Assembly (NCBI RefSeq): GCF_011745625.1
Contig: NW_027191465.1
Location: forward strand, 1 to 64,000
Direction of reading: 5' to 3'
Length of the DNA stretch: 64,000 nt
Source: Cladosporium halotolerans
Taxonomy: Eukaryota
Positions 24,517 through 34,842 of this stretch are shown here, one piece after another. Position 1 is the stretch's first letter, and every line of letters begins with the position of its first letter. The notes under the pieces were generated by a model. That model ran no database searches and had not been told where the DNA came from. It saw only the letters and a list, made by a program, of their open reading frames with translations. The position numbers and the translations under genes were made by a program.

Positions 24517-24978
24517 TTTGGGGGTTTGGAGAGACTTGGGAGCGTGTTTCGGTTGGAAAGGTTTCGCGTCTGGTGGTGGTCTGGTCTTTCGCTTGCTGTG
24601 TAATTAGTACGTTAGTATTCGCGTGCCGAGAGATGTCGCCTAACGCATCGCGTCGTTGTCGTCGCAAGCCCAGTCCTGGCGTGGTAGCGGTACGTGAGGT
24701 GGAAGTGCTGGCTGATGTTGCTATGCGAACGCGCCAGTGCCAGTGCCAGCCGCGGCCTGAGCTGCGAGCCCTGCTCGAGCCCTGCAGGTGGAACCTTAAG
24801 CACTCCCGCCCGTCCCCCGCAGCCGCCAGCCCCACTGACGTCGCATGGCTGCTCACGATCCCAAGTCCGCTGAGCTACCTGACCTTAATTTAGCTGCTCA
24901 GCCAGCACAACATTCACTTCACTCACCAGCCCACGTGGTACCAAAGACACACGCTCCTGTCTTGGGATATCTGACAGG

Positions 24979-26719
24979 ATGCCCGTCCTCCTCGAGACGC
25001 TCGATCAGCAGATCGCAGCAACTCTCTCCGACTGGAACCTCTACACCACTCTCATCGCTGCGTCCATCGTTGCCTTCCTCGCTTATCCGATCGTCTATCC
25101 GAGTGAGCCGGACACTCACCCTCTTCTGCTTGCACGACAAGCTTCGGCGGCACCGGTCAGAAATAAGAACGAGTCTGCAGTCTACCGCAGTCCCGAGATC
25201 CCTCACGGCTATCCTCTGAAAAGTGGTCTGAACGTCAAGCAACCGGGCGAGCCACGATGGAAGACCGGGAAGGACGGTGATTTGAGGGACATCTGGAGAG
25301 AGGTCTTGCGCGGCGGTCAAGCTGGGCAGGATGGGAAAGAGACACCTCAGGGTTCTATTATGAGCGTTTTCGGCAAGAAAGAGATCCAAGAGCACGATCT
25401 GCAGAAGCTCAGCAAGCAGATCAACGTACTTGGAAAGTACTGGAAAGAGACTGGCGATGGCAAGGTTGCGGTCTACTTGCCGAACAACATTGAATACCTT
25501 GTATCTATTTTTGGTAAGTTGCTTCATGTGAGAAACATAATTCCAGGCTAACATCGACGCAGCCTGTGCATTCTACGGCCTGACACCGATCCTCCTCCCA
25601 CACGACCTGGCTCCCGCAAAGGTCCATGAGCTGCTCAATCTTGTTGGTGCCGACACACTTGTCACTGAAGCTGGCACTCTCCCCACAGACGACATCGCCC
25701 GCGAGTGCAAAGGCCTTCGTCTCATCACCTCCGTCGTCCACAAGCCCAACCGCCACATGGACTGGGCCGGTGTGCCAGACTCCGCTCAGAGCCGTCTCAG
25801 TATGAGCGTTTGGAGCGATCTGGTCGACGAGGCCGCCAACGCTTCTGCCACCCTCCCTGAAAACGACAGTATTAGCAAGCTCGGCGAGATTGTCACCGTA
25901 TGGCAGCCTGTGGATGACTCAGCCAAGCCGATCATCACCACCTTTACCCAGGCGAACATTATCTCTGCCGTCGCCGCAATGACCACGTCCCTGCCTCTCC
26001 GCCAGCGCATGACCCCAGCAGACCTCCTCCTTCCAGCCGACAGCTTCAACCGCTCCTATGTCCTCTGCTGGACCCTAGCTGCACTCTACACCCACGCATC
26101 CGTCGCGATCAACAGCGTCGCTGGCCCCAAAGCCAGCCTCGCCGCAGCCACCGGCTCCACATCCCCAACAATCATCATCGCCTCCGCCGAAGCAATGAGT
26201 ACCCTCCATACCGAAGCGACCGCGAAAATCACCTCCCCACTCCACAAATTCGGCCTCCTAACGCAATCCCAAACCCTCTCCGCAGGCCGCATGCCGTCGT
26301 CCTCCTTCTTCCTGCCCCCCTCGACCTCCACCTCCACATCGCCCGGCAAGCTCCGCCTGATCCTCACCTCCGAGCGCTTCGGCGCCGATTCGCCCCCTCT
26401 CAGCTCAGCGCAGCTCTCCGACCTGCGGATCTTCACGCGCGCGCGCATAGTCTACGCTCTGACGGCGCCGAACGTCGCCGGCGCCGTGGCCCAAACGCAC
26501 GTCTTCGACTACCGCCGGGAAGAAGGCGCGGGGCACAGCCGGTTCGGTGCGCCGCTGAGCTGCGTGGAGGTGAGAGTCCTGGGCGCTGACGATAAGGATG
26601 TCGGAGCGAGTGAACCTACTGGCGAGCTGGTTGTTGCTGGGCCAGCGGTTGCCGGGGGCGAGTGGAGGAGCGGGAGGAGGTTTAGGGTGAGGGAGGATGG
26701 GTGTTTGGGGTATGCTTGA
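24979..26719 (+). CDS. Degenerate AMP-binding / acyl-CoA-synthetase-like protein with an N-terminal membrane anchor
   Basis: VAVYLPNNIEYLVSIF|ACAFYG, FTQANIISAVAA, FGAPLSCVEV, GELVVAGPAV; intron 25514-25562. Confidence 0.7.
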
Positions 26720-27327
26720 GGCGTTCACTCAAGCATTGTGAGAAATGAAAGAGATGGCTGGCAGCATCTAAAGACCAAATTCACGAAAATCATGTGAGGC
26801 GCAACCAGAGAGGAAGACGACGAGCATCTGAACAGTATGAAAAGCGACCCGACCACAATAGACCGAAAATTAATCCGAATTTGATTAATTGCTGCATCCC
26901 TTCCGATCTCCTCTCCGAGTGTTTCATGGCTCCAGTCTTTCTTCTAAAAGTAAGCTGATACATTCGTCTACCGACTCGGCGAAGTAAGCTCTTCCGCACA
27001 TCCCATCATACACGTAGTGGGTATCGTAATCTTCGTTTCCCGAGGAATCAAAATGGCTCCCTTATCCGCGCATGCCATTTGACGCCCTCTGTGCGCAGCC
27101 CTGATGGTGAGAATAAGATCGTGCAGCCCGCCCCCTGAAGACCATGACGTGCTCGCACTCACCCACTCAGTCGCGGCGCGGGCGAGCGGTCCGCGGCCCT
27201 CGACTTCATCTCCACCGCAACGGAAGGGGTTCTTCTTTTCCCTCCCATCACGACAGCGGCAGTTATCTCCGGCTGTGCCAAACTGTGGCCTTGCCATCGA
27301 CATCGACGTCCAGACCAACCACCTGGA

Positions 27328-28536
27328 TCACGCAGGCCGCCAGCCAATGGGATTGCTCCTGCCGTCGCCATCCGCCTGCTCGAGCGCGGCGCGCTTCGAC
27401 CCCGCCGTCTGCGCCTTCGCCTCCGCCTGCGCGAACATGGCCATCGTGTGCTCCCAGACGCGCGGGCCGAGGTCGATCTGGCGGTACTTTCCCAGCACGC
27501 GCTCGTCGCCGGCGGGCTTGGAGTCCCAGTCGAGCAAGTACGCCCCCGAGCCTTTGACGTCGTTGGAGCCCTCCATGACGTCCAGGGGCGCCTCAGCGGG
27601 GATGCCGGGGGCGTCGCCGTCGGCGCGGCAGGAGGTGCCCTGCCACTTGCGGGCCGGGTAGACTTTGCTGGTGAGCTGGAAGAAGTGGCGCTCGCCGGAC
27701 TCCTGGACGTTGAGGATCCAGGGGGTCATGACGGCGTACATGACTTTGACGGCGAGGCGGATGGGCCCGTTGAGCTGGTTGGCGATGCCGGTCTTGACGG
27801 TGCCCGGGTAGGAGTGCATGAAAGTGGTGCCCGGGTAGCGCTTGGCGAACTCCTCCATGATGAAGTCGGTCATGACGGTGCAGTGGGCGAGGGCGCCGTG
27901 CAGGGTGAAGTTGTGGCGGAGATCGAGGTCGTCCGGGTTGACGTCGCCCTCGGAGCCGGCGGCAAGGACACTGTTGACGCGGGAGAGCTGGCCGGCGTCA
28001 GAGGCGGCGGTGAGGTTGGGCATGAGATCGACGACGAAGCGCATGCGGGAGTAGTAGTTCACGGCCATTTTCTTGTCGAGCCCCTCGTCGGTTTCGCTGC
28101 GGCCTTTGAGCGTCATGTAGCCGGCGGTGAGGAAGAGGCCGTTGATGAGGGGCTCCTTGACGCGCAGGTCGGCGCAGACCGCGTCCACATTGCGGATGGT
28201 CGAGATGTCTTTTTGAATGAAAGTCGCCTTGCCTTCTGGATTGATTTCGAGGAGTTCGGAAATGATGCGATTAGCTTCTGCTTCGCGCCTGGAGGTTGAT
28301 GTTAACATCGAGTGTCTCTGTATACCGGTTGCCACGTTTGATCTGGACAATTTTTGAAGGAGGATATATCAAACTTACCTGCCAATCATGTATATCCTCG
28401 GCCTTATCGTCAATTTGAACAATTCCCTGGCCGTAGACTCGCCAATGCCGCCAGTGCCACCGACGAAGATGCCGACATAGTCATGGATCAGGTGGCCCTG
28501 GGCATTGCTGGCGCGCACGGATTCGCTGGAAACCAT
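27328..28536 (-). CDS. Short-chain dehydrogenase/reductase
   Basis: IFVGGTGGIG, FLTAG, NYYSRMRF, HSYPGTVKT; intron 28289-28378. Confidence 0.88.
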
Positions 28537-30144
28537 TTGCAATGGACCAGACGAGAAGAGGTTGAAACTCACTGCATCGACGGTCGGACTGGAATCACGA
28601 CGCAGTCCGGCGTCGAGTCAGGCACGGCGTGGCAGCGCGTATATGAGGCCGTAGAGACGGGCACTCGCGCGAAGGCGCTCGAAGGGTCTGTTGGCGACGA
28701 TGGCCTTGCGATGGCAATCCCGCGGTTGTGCCGGCCGGGCACCAGTGGCGGAGAGGGCGGCGAGGGAGGGAGGCAAGGGTCGAGTGATGTACTACAGCGC
28801 GTGTAGGCGATGAAGCGAGCCCGGGCTGCGAGCGGCTGGCCAGTTCGTGCCGTGGCCTGCGGTGGGTTCAGGCGTGGATGTTTCGTGGCTGGTGAGCAGC
28901 GCCGAGGCATCAGCGAGCTGCGTACCTGGTGGGCAGCCTGAGGTGCCGGCTGGCTGGATGCGATACCTTATGCGAGCGGAAGTGCGCAGGATTGGGCTGG
29001 CGAAGCAGGTCTCAGACAGGCCTCAGTAGTCTCGCGCTTCGCACGCCTCTTCACGCAACGGGAGCGGGATGCAAGATTTTTCTCGCCAGCGCCTTATCCG
29101 GGCGGTCGTGTACGTCGGCATTATGCAAGCGGGCAAGAAGCGACTGACGCCACGCCCGACAGCTCAACCCCGTCTGTGCTTGACATCAGCCCACGATCGC
29201 GCCTGGACATGGCTCCGAGCCTTGTCCGCTATACCTCACTCTTCAACGCAACAGCATTGTCCCTATCAGAGGTATACGTGACCTAAATCTCGCAATGGTA
29301 TGGCTCAATTGTCACGATCAGTCTTCGCGGGTGCTTGCTCAGCTTCTCTGCCATCGACGTTATATCATACTTGCGCCGCGATCGCAATGCAAGTCATCGA
29401 GCATTGGATCGGCAATCTGTTTGTTTGTCCGCGAGTCATGCATCGATCAGCACGTGGATTGACAGCCTTCGACATCAACAGATGTTTTGGCTGGCACACA
29501 TGAACTCATACTGGAGCGTTGCCACCCTAATTTTACAAGTCAGCTGGTGATCGCATGACTTTCACTGGAGTTAAGTAGCCCAAGGGACTCTACTGCAGGT
29601 GGTATTAACATTATGGGAACGGAGATGCTGCATTTGAGAACACAGTCTCTTCGGGACAAATCCTCTCTCTAGTAGTCCAAAGGCGATGGCAGCAGCTCAA
29701 GTAGCGCGGGAGAGAGGCATATTCCGCGGCAAAGCCCCTACTGTCGCTTCCCACATCCTACCCGCCCGTCTATCTTCGCACAAACTCCAACAAGAATCAT
29801 CTACAACGCTATCATCCACCATGACTGACAAGGTTGTCCACATTCTCTTACTGTGGCGAGGCAGCCCGATTAATTCGACGCCAGATGGGATTGGCATGGT
29901 TACTACTGAGAGACCACTGATTGGAGCAGTGTTCCACCCAAAAATTGGGATTAAGTAGTCTAAACGCGATGATATCAGCTCCAAGCACACACGAGAGCGA
30001 AAGGCATCGCATGACACACAGCACCAAGAATCACATGTTTCATTTCCATCGCTATTTCAAGCACGTTTTCACCCTCTCAGCTAATCACGACGGCCGTAGC
30101 GCTACCGCGCGCGCTCTCCCAATCAGCTCTCTCCCTGGCACCCA

Positions 30145-31113
30145 TCACCCCTGATTTCTCGCCCTTATGCTCCTCCAAAAGAAAAACCACCCGAGCACCC
30201 TAAGTGAGCGCTCGGCCCACTCCCGCCCGGTCGACTGCCGAGCTATGTCGAAGGGGTTATAGACGAGCACATAGTGCTCACTGAACGCCGGGACGTCTCC
30301 GACGATCGAAACATCGTGGACGACACAGCTCGCACGGTTGGCAACCGCATCTCGAATGCGCCTGCCCGGGCGGAAGCGCTGCAAAAAGCCCGCGGGGACG
30401 ACGCCAAGGCTTCTGAGAAGGCCCACGCTGACCATCCAGGCGTACTCCTCTGAGGTGCAGATCGCAGTGACCGCCGGGAGCGCGTGACAAAGTTCGTTGA
30501 CGCTGTCGAAGATCGCAGCGGGCTCGATGATCTTCCGCTCGAAGCGGACCGTCAGGGGCCCGAAACCCGGCTCGACGAAGGAGAATTCGAAGGCCTTCTC
30601 GGAGCTGCAGGAGATGGAATAGTCGCCGGCTTCGACCCATTTGAGGAAGGCGTTCATTTGCGGCGGCGTGCAGACGGGGATTTGGTAGGTGTGAACGGCG
30701 GCCTTGTGCATGAACAACGTTTCGTGGCGGAGGAGCTTGCAGGCCCTCGTGATGGCGGGCGGCGAGATGTTGTGCTTTCCGGTGAAGTAGAGCTCGTAGA
30801 AGATATTGCGGACTTCAGGCGGGAGATCAAGGAAGCGGAAGGGCTGGCCTAAACATTCGACCCAGAGGTCGGTTGCTAGAGTGAAGGAAATGTTGGCGCG
30901 GGGCTGAGACTCAGGCTCAGAATTGACCGGATTCTCCTCGATAGACATTTCTCCAATACGCAACTGAAGCTGATGCCCTAGGTTGTGAGTGGGCTTCTCC
31001 TCAGACTGTTCGGTCTCGTCATCGCTGATGTCCATGGCCGTCGATCCGTCATTGAAGGTTTCGGCCGAATCGTTAACGACCAGGGACGTCTTTGCCTTAT
31101 CCGAGGAAGACAT
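30145..31113 (-). CDS. Hypothetical protein with an F-box-like motif
   Basis: FRFLDLPPEVRNIFYELYF...PPAITRACKLLRHETL, typical of expanded fungal F-box-like families. Confidence 0.7.
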   Translation of the reverse strand: MSSSDKAKTSLVVNDSAETFNDGSTAMDISDDETEQSEEKPTHNLGHQLQLRIGEMSIEENPVNSEPESQPRANISFTLATDLWVECLGQPFRFLDLPPEVRNIFYELYFTGKHNISPPAITRACKLLRHETLFMHKAAVHTYQIPVCTPPQMNAFLKWVEAGDYSISCSSEKAFEFSFVEPGFGPLTVRFERKIIEPAAIFDSVNELCHALPAVTAICTSEEYAWMVSVGLLRSLGVVPAGFLQRFRPGRRIRDAVANRASCVVHDVSIVGDVPAFSEHYVLVYNPFDIARQSTGREWAERSLRVLGWFFFWRSIRARNQG

Positions 31114-31767
31114 TTGAAGCTTCGAACATTGGTACAATCTTTATGGTCAGCGAAATCAAAGCTAGTGAAAAAGCCATGCCGGCAGGCGGAGTGCGATGGC
31201 CAACAGAAGCCGGCGGGAACATTGTCCTTTGTCAAGGTATTCAGATACCTGTGATGTCCCAAGAGTACGACAGCGATAGTGAAGCTGCCAAGATGAATAG
31301 ATAGAAAGATGCGTTGCACGATCGCGACTTCTGTTGTTCAACAGAGGGTGACGGCAATATCCAACACGTCGCAAGTTGAGTGCAGGCGTGCGCCACGGGC
31401 GAGGAAAGTCAATAAAGGTTGTGATGATTGTTGAATAATACTTAGACCGTGATGCTAGGTGGTCATGTGTGCTCGCAAAGGTGGAGTGATGGTATTCTTC
31501 TTCAGATGCGAAGGTGGGAGGTGACTTGAAGCAGAGAGCGAGAGTCAAGCTTGCGAACTGGTGAGCTTGAGCTTGAAGTCAACAAACAAGCTGGCGCGTG
31601 AAGCTCTGAAGAAGCAGGCGCGCGCGGCTGATTTCCGCGCCTGGCTGCCTCTGATGTCAACTTTTTCCAGCTGGTGTCGCGAAAACACAATTTCGCGAAT
31701 ATCTTAAGAGTCGCTTTTCTCTGAACAAAACTGCTTACAGGACTTCGAAATCCTGGGGCCAATCACC

Positions 31768-32695
31768 ATGTCGACGCCAAACAAAGGAGGCGCGAAGACG
31801 ATGTCTTCGCGTCTTGCGAACATGAAGGTTTGTCTTTTCTGTGTGGAGCTGTCCTGTGTCGACAAAAACTGATCCAATGATGTATAGTTCATGCAGCGCT
31901 CAGGCGCATCAGAATCGCCAAATCCTGGAACGCCAGAGCAACCATCCGCCAAAAGGCAGCGTATGTCGAATGGTACGTACAACTCCAGCCCGGGTTCAAC
32001 TCCTGGGTCGGGAACGCCAGTGATCCACACGCCAGAGGAGAAGAAGCGCATGGAAGCATCGGAGCGTGAGGCTGCTGCGAAGGGGGAAACGAAGTGGTAT
32101 TTGAGTGTTCAGAATGCGCCCAAGCCGGTTGATCAGTCACCACTGCGGATTGTGTCAGCAGGATACGGCGCGTTGGACTCTGGAAAGGGCGCACATGACG
32201 ATGAATCAGAAGATGGAGACACGAAGGCGGCGAGTGTGCCGGGTAGGATGAACTTCGGTAACTTCGGAAAGAAGCAATCTGTACGTTTTGCTTGGCCTGT
32301 TTAAAGAACCCGGACTCACATCGACACAGAAACCGCAACAAGATTCTGGCTTATCTGGGGAAAGCTCCTCAGACTCCGAATCCGAGAGTGAAGAAGATGA
32401 GGAGGACGATCCTACCGGGGCGAAAGCTTTAATCAAGCAATCACGAAAGGAAGCTGGCGACAGGGCCCGTGCCGAGCGCAAAGCTCAACGAAAAGCAGAG
32501 TCAAAGGAAGCAGCACGGTTAGCGAAGACGCGGAGAGAAAAGGAAGTGAACCTTAATAAGGTCACAAGTATATCAGGTTCGGGCAAGCCTTCGCCTTCGG
32601 CCGCATCCATGACTTGCCACAATTGTGGAAAGAAAGGACACATCAAAGCCCGGTGTCCTGAATCCTCAAAGAAACCGAGGAATTCGAGGAATTGA
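31768..32695 (+). CDS. Nuclear protein with an Mpp6-like N-terminus and a C-terminal CCHC zinc knuckle
   Basis: MSSRLANMK|FMQR, GRMNFGNF, CHNCGKKGHIKARC; introns 31828-31887 and 32281-32329. Confidence 0.75.
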
Positions 32696-33049
32696 CCTAG
32701 AGTTCAAAGCACGAAGTCCCAGTGCAGGCAATTCACGTTTCCGCACGAAGAAGGAGCCAGTTCGGTCCATATAGTTGGTGTAATGTCAAAATGGGACTGA
32801 GTGGCATGGAGAGAGTGGGCTGACAGAGCAGTTCATGTCACGGTCCCCAGCCGTCACCAATTGATTCGAACAACATGTGTGGTACAAGATCCAAGTGTTC
32901 TCAAAAGCATGTTATACATCAAAACTGACGTGATGCTATAGCGCCAAGGGCAACCCATGCGCTCTGGCACTGAACCATTGACTGCATCTGGCAATGTTGT
33001 CGTTGCGTAGCTGGCTCATGTTTGCCAGGGACCTTGGAGCTGGCATTTG

Positions 33050-33600
33050 CTCCTTTTCATCTCGCCGATTGAGGAGGAGCTTGAAGACTTAAGAAACTCG
33101 AACAATGAAACTCATTCCCTAGGGAAACTCATTTCGAAAGCAGCCTCGTGGAATTGACGTTGAGACTTGGACGATCTTCGACCCCTGATCGACCCAATGA
33201 AGAACAATCCAGATCTGGTACCAGCACGGTCCTCGAGCGATGGCTTTGCAACTCCAGCTTGGAAATATTTATGCTCCAACAGCTATATGCCGTCTGATGA
33301 CTTCATTGCATTGACGAATCCCCACAAAGCTTCATTGCGACGCCTGATTCTTCGTGCTATCTGCTTCAAGAAGTGTGATTGGCACCGCGTATTATCGTGG
33401 ATCGTGCATGATTTGACGTTGCCGTTCTTGGAATTGGATAATCTGAAGCTCAGCCACGAGGAAGGGCCTTGGAGACTTATTACAAAGATGGGAAACGCGT
33501 CCGGCGTGAATCATGGATTTTTGATGGCTCGTCGCATATTGAAAAAGGGGTCAAAGAAGTGATAAATACGATTCACAACCACAAAAGCAGGGGAGGCATG
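33050..33600 (+). pseudogene. Probable frameshifted remnant of an F-box/LRR-like gene
   Basis: Leu-rich segments in successive frames (LGKLISKA / SLVELTLRL / HKASLRRLILRAI..DWHRVLSWI..LELDNL / WIFDG) with stops and no usable ATG. Confidence 0.35.
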
Positions 33601-33785
33601 AACCAGATGCTGGTGAGTTGCAAGGATGGGCGCCTGAGGCAAACAGAACTGGTGGGTACAGCCGAGGCTGGAACGCCGGCACCTCTTTCGAAGCGACGCT
33701 AAGGTACCTCAGATTCGTGATCTATGTATCTACCTTCCTGTCGTAACGTACCTCTTGATATTTGCTCCCTCACTGCCTTGTGAAG

Positions 33786-34607
33786 ATGCTGCTCCTCGGT
33801 CTGACCGGTAGCATCGCCACCGGAAAATCAACTGTCTCTCAAATCCTCAAATCACCACCGTACAATCTTCCCGTGATCGACGCCGATAAAGTCGCCCGCC
33901 AAGTCGTGGAACCAGGTACTTCAGGTTACAACAAGATCGTCGCGCACTTCGGTCCTTCAACGCCCGACCTACTGGTCCCTCCCACGCCCGAAAACGGAGG
34001 AGAGAAGGGCGTGAATGGCAAGGGAAGGGCACTGAACCGGCCGGCGCTTGGCAGAAGAGTGTTTGGCGAGGGCAAGGATGAGGACAGGAAGGCGCTGAAC
34101 AAGATCGTGCATCCGGCAGTAAGACAAGAGATGTACAAGCAAATGATGTATGCCTATTTGCGCGGGAATTGGGCCGTCGTACTCGACGTCCCATTGCTGT
34201 TCGAGTCGGGTTGGGAGCCGTTGTGCGGGACCATCATGGTGGTCGCGGTCAAAGACGCGGCTGTGCAGATGCAGAGGTTACGGGCTAGAGATGAACATCT
34301 CACAGAGGAGGACGCGAAGAACAGAGTAGCGTCGCAATGGGATGTGCGGGACAAGGCCGAGCGATGCCTAAGGAGGGGGGACAAGGCTGGCGTTGTTGTG
34401 TGGAACGATGGAGATCAGGACGACCTCAAGAGAGAGATTGATCGCGTCATGGGTATTGTGAAAGACGGCAGTCCTCAATGGTGGGCTTGGATGTTACTCT
34501 TGTTCCCACCTCTTGGGGTATTGAGCGGAGGTTGGAGCTACTTGAGAAGCTGGTACATTAAAATGCAATGGGAACAGGAGAAAGCGAAGGAGAAGGCGAA
34601 ATTGTGA
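33786..34607 (+). CDS. CAB5: Dephospho-CoA kinase
   Basis: LGLTGSIATGKST, IDAD, LNRPALG, LNKIVHPAVR, VVLDVPLLFE; C-terminal TM helix, ends in AKL. Confidence 0.95.
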   Translation: MLLLGLTGSIATGKSTVSQILKSPPYNLPVIDADKVARQVVEPGTSGYNKIVAHFGPSTPDLLVPPTPENGGEKGVNGKGRALNRPALGRRVFGEGKDEDRKALNKIVHPAVRQEMYKQMMYAYLRGNWAVVLDVPLLFESGWEPLCGTIMVVAVKDAAVQMQRLRARDEHLTEEDAKNRVASQWDVRDKAERCLRRGDKAGVVVWNDGDQDDLKREIDRVMGIVKDGSPQWWAWMLLLFPPLGVLSGGWSYLRSWYIKMQWEQEKAKEKAKL

Positions 34608-34842
34608 AGCAAGATCCTCGCTCCTTACTGCATGGCAAGGCGATGAACCTCACCGTACCGACGTCTTTTCACATGCGCTTCAACCTCACCTCACGCTGGT
34701 CCAAGCTCGCGCACGTGCCTTCCATAACCTCAAGGCAGCGCGCTGTCCGTCGATTGACTTATCACTCGACATTACTCGACACGAGCAAGTTTTGACGAGC
34801 GAACACTCACATCGTCCACGTCGCCACCGACTTCACATCAAC

